Origin: a virus
Taxonomy: Duplodnaviria > Caudoviricetes
DNA length: 37,980 nucleotides
Virus record (IMG/VR): IMGVR_UViG_3300032301_001725
Span: 1 to 37,980 of that record
Strand: one strand, 5' to 3'
The first letter of the stretch is position 1, and each line of letters begins with the position of its first letter. Under the pieces are notes generated by a model, which made no database searches, was not told the origin of the DNA, and was given only the letters and a program-made list of their open reading frames with translations. Of this stretch, positions 26,972 through 36,394 are shown one piece after another. Both the position numbers and the translations under genes were made by a program.

Positions 26972-27694
26972 TCAATTCAAATCTTTTTTGATTTGACACA
27001 TCGGGTCACTTTCTTCGTGAGCCAAAATTACATATTCATCAGGAAATCCAAAAATTCCGTAGCTTGACTTGCTAAATTTTTCGCTAGTTGAATTCACTGG
27101 AGTGGAAGAAGCCACCACAGTTTTTCCTTTGTGAGAAATTTGATAAGAATTGCTGTTAATTTTTTTAAATCCGCAGTTGCTTTTAATTTTTCTAGCTCGA
27201 CAAACATTTTCTGCTAGTTCTGAAGCGATTGAGGGCTTAATGTACGCGTGAAGCGTAGAGAAATGAACAGGGTTTTCGTATGCTAAATCTGCGATTCTTC
27301 TAAAAGTTTCGGTTTCTTTCTTGGAAATCTTTACCAATGGCGATTCACCTTCAGTCAAAGACTTGACAAAGAAATTTGGGCCTTTACTCATCAAAACTTC
27401 TTCAAAATTTTGAGCAATATCAGAATATCTTTGCGGCATTTTAGATGTTTTTGCAACCTTAGGAGTTGACGTCGCCGATTCGGTCTTGCTACCCAGAACA
27501 AATCCTATAGCTTCCTTAACTAATGACTCTTTGTGGCCGTCTGAAATTAGGAGTTCTTCTATTTCGGCGGAAGAATAAACTTTCTTGTCAGCCATAGCTT
27601 TCGCCTTAGAGGTTATAATCCTGAACTGAATCTTGTCGTTTGTTCTGTATGAGGTGTTGTAATTTGAGAAAACTTCGAAATCTAGTAAATTCAT
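26972..27694 (-). CDS. Hypothetical protein
   Basis: 240-aa ORF preceded by the promoter motif; K-x-A/S motifs present. Confidence 0.7.
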   Translation of the reverse strand: MNLLDFEVFSNYNTSYRTNDKIQFRIITSKAKAMADKKVYSSAEIEELLISDGHKESLVKEAIGFVLGSKTESATSTPKVAKTSKMPQRYSDIAQNFEEVLMSKGPNFFVKSLTEGESPLVKISKKETETFRRIADLAYENPVHFSTLHAYIKPSIASELAENVCRARKIKSNCGFKKINSNSYQISHKGKTVVASSTPVNSTSEKFSKSSYGIFGFPDEYVILAHEESDPMCQIKKDLN

Positions 27695-27716
27695 AAATAC
27701 CCAATATGAATATTAA

Positions 27717-27741
27717 TTTCCTGGCTCGTTAATTATAACCT
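27717..27741 (-). promoter_or_regulatory. Candidate SigH-type promoter AGGT-N17-GAAA
   Basis: At the boundary between the replication/transcription genes and the packaging module. Confidence 0.5.
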
Positions 27742-28298
27742 TTTGGCAATAAATTTTTAAGCAACTCAAGAGATTTCTTTATTCTCTTGCTAAAAGCAGG
27801 CTGGCTGATTTTGAGGATTGCAGCACATTCTAACTGATTGAATCCCTGAAAGTAAAACAAATCTATTGCCACTTTATGGTTGTTAGGCAATTTATCGATA
27901 GCATCATTAATATCAATGTCGTCGCTTTCGCCAAAATCTAATCCAAAATAGTTATCAGATAGCTCTGATTCATCAACGTTGTTTATTGAAATTGTTTCAA
28001 TTTTTTCAACGTATTTAGATTTGATTTTTGAAATCAAATACGGATACATTCTTGTGCTTAAATAATAAGAGAAGTAGCTTTTGTTTTTGTCATATTTCTC
28101 GCATAAATATTTTAATATAAATACGCATTCAGACATCAAATCTTCTTTTTCAACGAGTCTGTAGCTCTTGTGAGCTTGTGCAACAGTATGCCTCATCACT
28201 GGCATATAATAATCAAATAATTCCCAAAGCGCCTGGTTATCCGACGCCTTTACTTTGTCTACTAAAATGTCAATGCTTACAAAATCATTTTGATCCAT
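27729..28298 (-). CDS. Sigma-70 family RNA polymerase sigma factor (regions 2 and 4)
   Basis: DNQALWELF, EKEDLMSE, KYD..KSYFSYY; region 4 AIDKLP...FNQLECAAILKISQPAFSKRIKK. Confidence 0.85.
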   Translation of the reverse strand: MDQNDFVSIDILVDKVKASDNQALWELFDYYMPVMRHTVAQAHKSYRLVEKEDLMSECVFILKYLCEKYDKNKSYFSYYLSTRMYPYLISKIKSKYVEKIETISINNVDESELSDNYFGLDFGESDDIDINDAIDKLPNNHKVAIDLFYFQGFNQLECAAILKISQPAFSKRIKKSLELLKNLLPKGYN

Positions 28299-29136
28299 AT
28301 CTTTTTAACTCGAAGAATAGCTTTAATAACTCTAACTTCGGGCTAGATCCGAGTCTTACATTCTTTAGACACGTCTCAAATGAATTAATCGCATATATTT
28401 GGTTTTCAACACTTATGGCATTGATTTGTTCTTTAGTTTTTTCAAATCTGTATTCATTTTCTAATGCCGTATTTGGCATATATTTTTTATGTTCACTGAA
28501 CGACGTCGCTTTTGTCTGAATAATCTCTAGATAGTACTTTGATGTTTCTCTGATTCTGTTGAAGTAATCTTCAAAGTTTTTATCATTTATGTAGCTTAGC
28601 TGCTCTAGGCATTTTGGGTTCCCGGACCAAAGCATGTTCGAAAATTTCCAAATATCAAAAAATGATTCTCCGATCTGCTCAAATATACTTTGATCTTCTA
28701 GATTCAATATGTCTGAAATGAGGCCGATATCGTACCATTCATAGTTTTGTTTTGAACCTTTGTATTTAAGGGTTGCCTTTTTTGTTGGCAAAAAATTAGA
28801 TGTTTGTATTTCATGGAATAAATTCTTCAGAGATATAAAATCTGTAGTAGGTATTGGATCGAAGCAATGATACTCACTTTTGTTTTTTATTCTTTTGATA
28901 TAATCGAGCCTTAAATCAACGTTCCTGTCCATGAAACAGACAATAAAATTGTCGCAATTTATGCTTTCTATCGTTTCTTTGCTGGGATCAAAAAAAACAT
29001 AATAATCAATTTTCCCGAATAAAGAAAGCGTATTGGTTATTTTTTCTGGATTAATTTCTAACTTTTTATTTTCTATTATCGAGCCCAGCTTCGATAATAT
29101 GAAGAATGATTCACCTTCTAAAAAATAGCTGGGCAT
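28285..29136 (-). CDS. holA: Putative DNA polymerase III delta (HolA-like) clamp-loader subunit
   Basis: YFLEGE, TLSLFG..YYVF and C-terminal PKLELLKL resemble HolA; adjacent to the beta clamp; divergent. Confidence 0.5.
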   Translation of the reverse strand: MPSYFLEGESFFILSKLGSIIENKKLEINPEKITNTLSLFGKIDYYVFFDPSKETIESINCDNFIVCFMDRNVDLRLDYIKRIKNKSEYHCFDPIPTTDFISLKNLFHEIQTSNFLPTKKATLKYKGSKQNYEWYDIGLISDILNLEDQSIFEQIGESFFDIWKFSNMLWSGNPKCLEQLSYINDKNFEDYFNRIRETSKYYLEIIQTKATSFSEHKKYMPNTALENEYRFEKTKEQINAISVENQIYAINSFETCLKNVRLGSSPKLELLKLFFELKRYGSK

Positions 29137-30233
29137 AGTAAAATTAACGTTCCATTGGCTGTCATTTTGCACAAATCAAAAGAGTTTTGCATGTTAATAA
29201 AATTAAGTTCAACCCAGGTCGATTGCATTGACTCCAAGCAGTCCAAAAAATATCTAGAATTATAGGCTGATTTGGTTGTTCCATTGATATGCTCTGCAAC
29301 AATAGACTCCTTCGCCGCAAGAACGTTTTCTTTTTTATCTTCGCTTTCTCGCCCTTTGCACGATAATATTAAGTTGTTGTTCTCCGTACTGAGCTGAACC
29401 GACGCATCACCGAATACTCCATTGAAAAATTTCAAAGACTTAATCATCTCAAAAGTCGCCACCTTTATATCTGCCGTTGAATCTTTTTCGATCCATTCAT
29501 CAATTTGATTCGGGAATTTATCAATGGTTTTTTCAATAAAAATTTGCAAGCAGTTGTTCGCGGATTTAATCACTATTGAGTTTTTGTTGATAGAAATTTG
29601 TTGAATTGGGTCTTTGTCAAAAATATTTTTGAGAATAGAAAAAGTTTTTCTATGTAAATAGAAATCGCATGGATTCTCGCCATTTATTTCCACTTCACTA
29701 CTATAAAATGTTGACCCATTTGTTGATTTCAGACTTAAACTTTTTTTTTCGAACGAACAGTATATACCGGTTAGTGGGTGGTCCTGAAAATTATTTGAAC
29801 AAAATCTTGATGCAAAGCTCAATTTATTGATCAACTCGCTAGGGTTTAATATTTTGTAAATATTATCTCCGGAATCTACAATGTCTTCAAATTTTGCATC
29901 CGATGTTTGAATAGCTAGTTTTGATTTTTTGTCTCCGCTGGAAACTAGAAAATTATTTTTAGTTTGGTCATATGAAACCATCAATTCTTCTGAATTAATG
30001 TGCCTTACGAATTCCAGGATTACGGAAGTTTTGATAGAGAATTTGGCCGCGCCATCGCATTTGATAATGTTTAGAGATTCTTCGTACGCAGTGAAAGCTC
30101 CACGCGCACTGATTTTAAGATTAGTGCCACTAAAGTCAAGTTGGCAAAAAGACTCAGTAGCCTTTTTCTCAGTAGAGTCATAAGCGTGAGAAAGAGCTAT
30201 TTCGAATAAATTTCTGGATATTGTTGATTTCAT
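29118..30233 (-). CDS. dnaN: DNA polymerase III beta sliding clamp
   Basis: 371 aa; PLTGIY, STNG, KFPN, AYNSRYFLDCL and terminal ILLCP match the beta-clamp pattern. Confidence 0.8.
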   Translation of the reverse strand: MKSTISRNLFEIALSHAYDSTEKKATESFCQLDFSGTNLKISARGAFTAYEESLNIIKCDGAAKFSIKTSVILEFVRHINSEELMVSYDQTKNNFLVSSGDKKSKLAIQTSDAKFEDIVDSGDNIYKILNPSELINKLSFASRFCSNNFQDHPLTGIYCSFEKKSLSLKSTNGSTFYSSEVEINGENPCDFYLHRKTFSILKNIFDKDPIQQISINKNSIVIKSANNCLQIFIEKTIDKFPNQIDEWIEKDSTADIKVATFEMIKSLKFFNGVFGDASVQLSTENNNLILSCKGRESEDKKENVLAAKESIVAEHINGTTKSAYNSRYFLDCLESMQSTWVELNFINMQNSFDLCKMTANGTLILLCPAIF

Positions 30234-30263
30234 TTTAGACCGTCAATCAAATATATATACGTG

Positions 30264-30998
30264 TTATGCGATTGAAATTTCAGAAATTTGAGTAGTAATT
30301 CCCACACTGATATGAGCAATAAAACTAGTAGAAAACACAGAAGAAGTTATTCCATAGTTTATTACAGAATATGTGGCTCGATAACGCTGAAAAGTATCGC
30401 AGGACTTCTTCCTTATTCGCATTAGCGCATTGTCCACTGTTTTTGGTTTAACATTCAACGAATTAGCTATGTCTTTGTATGAGGAATTCACAGCGTATTG
30501 ATTAAGAATAGACAGCTCAAGCTCTGTTAGTTTACCGGAAATTGCGTTAAAATTTACACTAAACTCTTCCATGGCTATGTATTGTCCCAACAAATCGCTA
30601 GATGGATCGGGAATACAGTCTGCATATGTTTGAGTGCCGTCGTCATCACTTTGCGACGTTGGAGCAGATAAGCTTATAGCTTCATTTTGCAATCTAAATT
30701 TTAGAGTATTTGCGTGAGACATCGCTGTTATCAGATGTCTTTTTACGCAAAGATTTACGCTAAAATTCCTAAAAGTCATGCCCCCATTCTCGTCAAAATC
30801 TTTTATCGCTTTCCATACGCCAATTCTGCACTCCTGAAGAACATCGCTGTCATCAGACCCAACAATATAATACTTATTGGAGATCTTTTTTAGATCAGGA
30901 TCAAGTATTTTGATAATTTCCTTGAAAGCCTGATCGTCTCCAGCTTTAGCTTTTCGCACGAGAAATTTTAGTGTTTGATCGTAGTCAGTCATTATCAT
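30264..30998 (-). CDS. sigH: SigH (Spo0H)-like sigma factor
   Basis: YYIVGSDDSDVLQE.RIG..KAIKDF, LCVKRHLITA, LTELE, SYKDIA..L...KTVDNALMRIRKK parallel Bacillus SigH motifs. Confidence 0.85.
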   Translation of the reverse strand: MIMTDYDQTLKFLVRKAKAGDDQAFKEIIKILDPDLKKISNKYYIVGSDDSDVLQECRIGVWKAIKDFDENGGMTFRNFSVNLCVKRHLITAMSHANTLKFRLQNEAISLSAPTSQSDDDGTQTYADCIPDPSSDLLGQYIAMEEFSVNFNAISGKLTELELSILNQYAVNSSYKDIANSLNVKPKTVDNALMRIRKKSCDTFQRYRATYSVINYGITSSVFSTSFIAHISVGITTQISEISIA

Positions 30999-31038
30999 AA
31001 CTATTTTACATCAAAAAATATTTTTTTTGTAAAAATTA

Positions 31039-32019
31039 TTACTTTAACGAATCTATCGCCTTTAACACATGTATTTTTGAAATAAGTTTTATGTTTTGCA
31101 ATATTTTAAAATCCTTCAGGATATTAGCCACTGCTTCGCCTATTGTTAGCAAGGATTTTCCGTCAAATCTGCATTTTTCTTTATCCGTGATTCTTAATAT
31201 AATTAAGCTAGACAAATAATCTGCATACCTGAGCATGACAGAATTTGGGTCCATCGCGCTAGATATCACTTCATCAATTAATGTTAGGCTTTTAACACGA
31301 TCTTTTGAACAAATAGCTTCCGTGATTAATTCAAAAGATTTATGGTTTGCTGTCCCAAGTATATTAGCGACGGAGACAGGGTCGTTAAGAACTAAAGAGC
31401 ATTGATCAAGCAAATTTATAGCATTTCTTGCAGATCCGTCTGAGCATGAAATTATCAAATCTATACTTTCGCGCTTGAATTCCATATTTTCTCCAGAAAG
31501 AACGTTTGATAAAACTTTATTTAAAGAATTGTCATTTAATTTCAGGAATGGAACTATTTGGCATCTTGACCTGATAGCGGGTAAAACTTTCCCAATTTCT
31601 GTTGTGCAGAAAATAAACTTAATGTGCTTCGGCGGCTCTTCAACTGTCTTCAGTAAAGCATTTTGAGCCTGAGGCGTAAGCATATGTGATTCATCAAATA
31701 TGATAAACTTTTTTTCAGCCAAAATTGGAACGGTGCTGACAATATCAGACACGATTGTTCGAATATCATCAACCCCGTTATTTACAGCACAATTAACTTC
31801 TACATAATCTGGGTGCTTACCATCTATCACAGAAATTCTATCTGAGTCTTTAACAAACTCTTGCATGTAGAGTCTCGCGCTACTAGTTTTTCCTGTGCCG
31901 GGTGGCCCAAAAAATATGTAAGCATGGTGTGAATCTATCTTGTTTTTATTCGGAGCGGCGCTTTTATCAGATATTAATTCATCGAAATTTTTCGGCCTGT
32001 ATTTATTATATAGACTCAT
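31039..32019 (-). CDS. dnaX: DNA polymerase III gamma/tau clamp-loader ATPase
   Basis: LYNKYRP..F, HAYIFFGPPGTGKT, DESHML, NALLKTVEEPP, SRCQ; short, with no tau tail and no Cys4 Zn module. Confidence 0.92.
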   Translation of the reverse strand: MSLYNKYRPKNFDELISDKSAAPNKNKIDSHHAYIFFGPPGTGKTSSARLYMQEFVKDSDRISVIDGKHPDYVEVNCAVNNGVDDIRTIVSDIVSTVPILAEKKFIIFDESHMLTPQAQNALLKTVEEPPKHIKFIFCTTEIGKVLPAIRSRCQIVPFLKLNDNSLNKVLSNVLSGENMEFKRESIDLIISCSDGSARNAINLLDQCSLVLNDPVSVANILGTANHKSFELITEAICSKDRVKSLTLIDEVISSAMDPNSVMLRYADYLSSLIILRITDKEKCRFDGKSLLTIGEAVANILKDFKILQNIKLISKIHVLKAIDSLK

Positions 32020-32491
32020 CTTCTTCCTCTACTCCAAAAACTACCGTTTCTTCACCTAATAGCTCAGGTAAATGTGCGTTTGCTCTCCAGTCACTTGAGT
32101 GACCTAAATCTTCGATTGTTCTCAGTATTCTAGAGTGCTCAATAACGTTCTTTCTTCGCATTTTACCATTCATTTTTGGGGAACAAGTGTATAGTAGATC
32201 TAGCATAATCCATTGAAGCAAAGCTCCTTCTGTTTGTTTGTAATAATCGTAACGGATGGACAGGCAGTATAACTTAACTTCATCTGCTGAATCTGCGGCG
32301 TATCTAACCCACTCACTTTGTAAACCTAGTATTTCACACGTAAAATAATCAGATAGATCATCCCCGCTTTTAAATGCGAAGAAAATTTTATCCAACTCTA
32401 AATACCCGATAACGTTTAGGTATTTAATCCTAAGATCTTCGGCCAGCTTTTCAAGCTCTTCGGATCTCGTGTAGTAAATGGATTTAGTCAT
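32006..32491 (-). CDS. Putative phage metallopeptidase-like protein, catalytic motif degenerate
   Basis: Layout resembles the phage metallopeptidase family (HELxH...HDVEEF) but reads DLLYT...KNVIEH. Confidence 0.5.
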   Translation of the reverse strand: MTKSIYYTRSEELEKLAEDLRIKYLNVIGYLELDKIFFAFKSGDDLSDYFTCEILGLQSEWVRYAADSADEVKLYCLSIRYDYYKQTEGALLQWIMLDLLYTCSPKMNGKMRRKNVIEHSRILRTIEDLGHSSDWRANAHLPELLGEETVVFGVEEEDESI

Positions 32492-32495
32492 GTTT

Positions 32496-32939
32496 TTATT
32501 GCTGATTAATTACTGGATTTCCTGAAACATGAATCGCGTCTAAGATAGTTCTCTCTGTTTCAAGATCTCTGTTTACAGCAGATTCCTCGGTAAACTTATC
32601 CGGATATCTAGCTTTAAGCTTTTGAATATTTTTCTCTTTAATCTGCTGATCCAAAAGAACTGGGTCTGTTCCAAGTATCTTTGCTAAAGCATCTGTGGCT
32701 ACGGCTATATACCAATGAATATCGCCTATTTCTTCAGCTAGATTTACAAAATCTATTTCTTTGCCGTATATGGTATGCTTTTTAAGTACATCAATAAACT
32801 CGGCGGCTTCTGTAACCATTCCCATTGAGGCGTGGGTTAATCTCATGACCTCCAGATTGTTAAATCTGGAGGCTACTTTGTCTTGATACTGCTTGCTGTT
32901 AGGCTCTGTGTTGAGTGCTTGTGTTATGTAATTTTCCAT
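32496..32939 (-). CDS. MazG-like nucleotide pyrophosphohydrolase
   Basis: GMVTEAAEFID..KK, EEIGDIHWY and NIQKLKARYP motifs. Confidence 0.9.
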   Translation of the reverse strand: MENYITQALNTEPNSKQYQDKVASRFNNLEVMRLTHASMGMVTEAAEFIDVLKKHTIYGKEIDFVNLAEEIGDIHWYIAVATDALAKILGTDPVLLDQQIKEKNIQKLKARYPDKFTEESAVNRDLETERTILDAIHVSGNPVINQQ

Positions 32940-32954
32940 ACATAATATGTACGT

Positions 32955-33356
32955 TTATCGCGCGGATTTAGCCGCCGCTTGGAACGCTTTTCTGCGGGCG
33001 CTCCTGGATCTTTTTTTTGGATTAGGAGCATCTAAGCTGCGAGATTTAATAACATCTTGGACGTTTAAATCATCATCAGACATTTTTGGTATCATCATTT
33101 TTAGAGGCTCTTCTCTGCTCCTTAGAAGTGTAGACAAGTCAATCATCTGTCTTGAAGACAGCATGGTTCTCTGCATTGTTATTTTTCGCACATCTTCCTC
33201 TTGTAAGACGCACTGAAATATCGCTTGTGTTTCTTGGTCCTGGAGCATTAAGTGCAGAGTCCATTTTGAGCCTGGAATTGGCCCATCGGTCTGCTCTTCT
33301 TTTGCAAGAGCGTCCAGTATAGTGACTATTCTGGTTTCATATTCTTGTGGATTCAT
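32955..33356 (-). CDS. Hypothetical protein with basic C-terminal tail
   Basis: AAGGA SD; 133 aa. Confidence 0.7.
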   Translation of the reverse strand: MNPQEYETRIVTILDALAKEEQTDGPIPGSKWTLHLMLQDQETQAIFQCVLQEEDVRKITMQRTMLSSRQMIDLSTLLRSREEPLKMMIPKMSDDDLNVQDVIKSRSLDAPNPKKRSRSARRKAFQAAAKSAR

Positions 33357-33372
33357 TTTTTATTCCTTTTGA

Positions 33373-35025
33373 TTAGGCTTCACACGAGACACAATGGTTA
33401 ATAATGCTTCGAGCTAATTCCTGAGATGGGTTTGTTCCTCTTTGATAGTACAGTGTTTTTACTCCAGATTCCCATGCAAAAAACATTAATTCACTAACCT
33501 CTCTTAGAGAGGCAGATTTATGAATCATTAAATTTATGCTTTGTGCTTGATCAATATATTTTTGTCTAGCTGCCGCCTGAATGATGATTTCTTTCTGGCT
33601 AATTTCTCCAAATGTTTTAAAAACAAATTTCTCTTTATCAGTTAAAAAGTCAAGATGCTGAACAGAGCCATCATTAACAAGTATGCTTTTCCAAACTTCT
33701 TTGTTATCTTTTTTATGTGATTTAAGAACTTCTTTGAGATATGGGTTCTTGTACGTGAACTTGCCTTTGGCAACATCTTTAACAAAATAATTAGAGTGAA
33801 GCGGTTCGATACTCGGGCTGACCTGACCAAGTATAAATGATGATGATGTAGTGGGAGCGATTGCCTGAAGACATGAATTTCTCATACCAGTGCCCTTGAG
33901 CAATTCTGGCTCACCGTATAAAACCGCCATTTCTCTAGAAGCCTTTATTGTTTTCTTTTGGATTAGCTTCCATATTTCAGTGTTAATCAGTTTTGCCTCA
34001 AATGACTCATAAGGAATCATATTTGATTGCAGATATGAGTGCCATCCAAGACCACCTACACCGAGTGCTCTATGGTTTTTTGCAAAATTATGTGCTTTTC
34101 TCATAAACGGAATATCTTTTGTTTTTTCAATGTATTCAGTCATAACTGCATCAAGGAAATATGTCAACACCTCGATAGCATCCGTATCTTTCCATTGATC
34201 ATAGTGTAATAAATTCATTGATGACAAATCGCACACAAAAGATTCTTCTCTTTCTGTTGAAGGCAAAGCGATTTCAGTACACAGGTTACTGGCATAGATA
34301 GTCATATTTTTATCTTTGTAGACTTGAGGCTTATTGTTGTTTACCGTATCGCTCCAAAATATATATGGATATCCTGACTCAAACCGCTTTCTGATGATTC
34401 TTCTCCAGATTTTCTCTTTATTTTTGTCACCATTTGCAACATCTCTCATCCAATCGTCGCTAATACAAACTCCTAGGCTGATATCTTGAATGGGGTTTCC
34501 ATCTTCTCTAGCTTCAAGAAATTCTTCAATATCTTTTCCATCAACTGGATAATAAGCCGCGAAACTGCCGCGTCTGATATTTGATTGACTGACAATTTGT
34601 GAGGTTTTCTCGAACAACTGCATGAAATGCACCGCGCCGAAACTTTCTCCTCCTCTTGAAATAGAAGACCCTCTTGGTCTTAGGCCACCAAAAAACGCTG
34701 ATGTCCCGGCACCATATTTTGTCATCATGCCGGTTTCGGCGGTGCAATATAAAATATCGTCCATAGAGTCACCTATATACTGGCCGTTACAAGAAATAGG
34801 TAAATCCATTGGCATTCCAAAATTACACCATACTGGTGAGGCTTTTGAGTACCAACCGCGCGAAACGTAAAGTTCGAACTTATCCGCAAATCCTTCAATT
34901 TTTAAAATTTCTTCCGCCCTTTCGGAGATACTTCTGATTCTTTCCTCAGCGGATGTCCCTGATTTCAAATATCCTCTACTTAAAAAAGTTCTGGAATCTG
35001 AATTCAACCAATTATAATCAAGCAT
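33373..35025 (-). CDS. nrdA: Ribonucleotide reductase alpha subunit (class I, no ATP cone)
   Basis: PISC, SNLCTEI, APTTSSS, KTLYY and terminal CVSCEA. Confidence 0.96.
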   Translation of the reverse strand: MLDYNWLNSDSRTFLSRGYLKSGTSAEERIRSISERAEEILKIEGFADKFELYVSRGWYSKASPVWCNFGMPMDLPISCNGQYIGDSMDDILYCTAETGMMTKYGAGTSAFFGGLRPRGSSISRGGESFGAVHFMQLFEKTSQIVSQSNIRRGSFAAYYPVDGKDIEEFLEAREDGNPIQDISLGVCISDDWMRDVANGDKNKEKIWRRIIRKRFESGYPYIFWSDTVNNNKPQVYKDKNMTIYASNLCTEIALPSTEREESFVCDLSSMNLLHYDQWKDTDAIEVLTYFLDAVMTEYIEKTKDIPFMRKAHNFAKNHRALGVGGLGWHSYLQSNMIPYESFEAKLINTEIWKLIQKKTIKASREMAVLYGEPELLKGTGMRNSCLQAIAPTTSSSFILGQVSPSIEPLHSNYFVKDVAKGKFTYKNPYLKEVLKSHKKDNKEVWKSILVNDGSVQHLDFLTDKEKFVFKTFGEISQKEIIIQAAARQKYIDQAQSINLMIHKSASLREVSELMFFAWESGVKTLYYQRGTNPSQELARSIINHCVSCEA

Positions 35026-35999
35026 TAAAATAATTCCTCCTCGTCAAACGATCTGTAGCTTTTTGCATATTCCACTGGTCTTTTATAAAAGAAATCAGTC
35101 ATAGTGTTCCCAAGCACGTCTTCTTGAAACCATCCGGTTTCTTCTATTAAAGATTCGTCAATGTCTTCAAACACTGACTTGAATCCTATTTGGTTTAGTG
35201 ATTCGTTTAGTCTTTGCTTAACGAATTCTTTAAGTATCTCTTTATTGAGCTTTTCACCCTCGTAATCACCCAAAATCCAATCTATAATTTCAGATTCACA
35301 TCTGAAAGCTTCTTGGGCTTCTGAGATAATCTTTTTTTCGAAATCTTCATCAAAAAGATCAGGATATTCTTCTCGGATGGTATTGATCAACTTGACGCCA
35401 ACAAGTGAATGAATAGCCTCTTCTTTGGCGGTGTACGCCACTTGTTGCGCGGTGTCCTTAAGGACATTTTTGTATCTGTTGAACCAATTTATAACATAAA
35501 ATTGGCTAAATAAAGATACGTTTTCTACGAACAAAGTAAATAGTACAAGGGCATATAAATATTGTTTCTTTGAGTCCTTGTAATATTTGTGCGTGTATTT
35601 TCTTAAGTATTTAACACGACCAAGTATTATATCTAGCTTCATGTTTTCTTCAAATACATGATCTAAATTCAATACATGAAGCAGCTTCTCATATGCGATG
35701 TTGTGAATGACTTCAATATGGCTCATCACCACACCAAGATCATTTATGGAAGGGTGAGGTAGATTGTCTCCAACTTTAAGCCAGAATTTCTTAACTGCTA
35801 CCTCGATTTGGCCGACAGCTGAAAGGGTGTTTTTGATAATGTTTCTTTCTGTTTCTGAAAGGTTAATTTTATAGTCGTGAACGTCACTTTGAAAATTAAA
35901 TTCATTGGGTGTCCAGTGTCCTTCCCACATTGCGTCAATATAGTCTTTGGTCCACGGGTACAGGTTTGGTTTTCTTGATAGTTGTTCTTCAAATAACAT
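35025..35999 (-). CDS. nrdB: Ribonucleotide reductase beta subunit, class Id-like
   Basis: QIEVAVK, EVIHNIAY, ENVSLFSQF, EEAIH and DFF.KRPVEY. Start at ATG 35999 (or GTG 36020). Confidence 0.95.
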   Translation of the reverse strand: MLFEEQLSRKPNLYPWTKDYIDAMWEGHWTPNEFNFQSDVHDYKINLSETERNIIKNTLSAVGQIEVAVKKFWLKVGDNLPHPSINDLGVVMSHIEVIHNIAYEKLLHVLNLDHVFEENMKLDIILGRVKYLRKYTHKYYKDSKKQYLYALVLFTLFVENVSLFSQFYVINWFNRYKNVLKDTAQQVAYTAKEEAIHSLVGVKLINTIREEYPDLFDEDFEKKIISEAQEAFRCESEIIDWILGDYEGEKLNKEILKEFVKQRLNESLNQIGFKSVFEDIDESLIEETGWFQEDVLGNTMTDFFYKRPVEYAKSYRSFDEEELF

Positions 36000-36073
36000 A
36001 ATTTTTGTCCTTATCTGCACTCTGAAAGTATGATTGTGTGTTTTTCATTTATTAGTATACTCTTTTTGCGCAT

Positions 36074-36394
36074 TTAAATTCGATATTTATTAAAAGATCC
36101 ACAATTTTTGCAACGACTCCAATGTAAGTCGAAATGTGCTTCATTGCACACTTCGCAAGACAAAAAAGTAGCAGGTGAAAATTGTTTTATATACCTACTA
36201 CAAGCTTGTCCATATCGCATCGCCACTCTATTTTTTTTAATAAAATTGAGTAGTCTTTCTTTAATCTTATCTTCCTTGATTGGCACGTAATTTCCTACGA
36301 TTTCGACTCTAGATCGCATTAAATCTTGGATCATTTCAGACTCGCTGGGCGTATGTTTCGCGCCGGGAATTATCAGGTGTTCTGTTGAAATCAC
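36074..36394 (-). CDS. Small zinc-ribbon protein
   Basis: CEVC...CKNCGS; GTGA overlap with the upstream gene. Confidence 0.7.
   Translation of the reverse strand: MISTEHLIIPGAKHTPSESEMIQDLMRSRVEIVGNYVPIKEDKIKERLLNFIKKNRVAMRYGQACSRYIKQFSPATFLSCEVCNEAHFDLHWSRCKNCGSFNKYRI

Noticed and set aside
35989-36048. 19-codon ORF (MKNTQSYFQSADKDKNYVI) after a TATACT box, overlapping the nrdB start
   Set aside because: It could be a leaderless coupling peptide, but it is too short to distinguish from chance.
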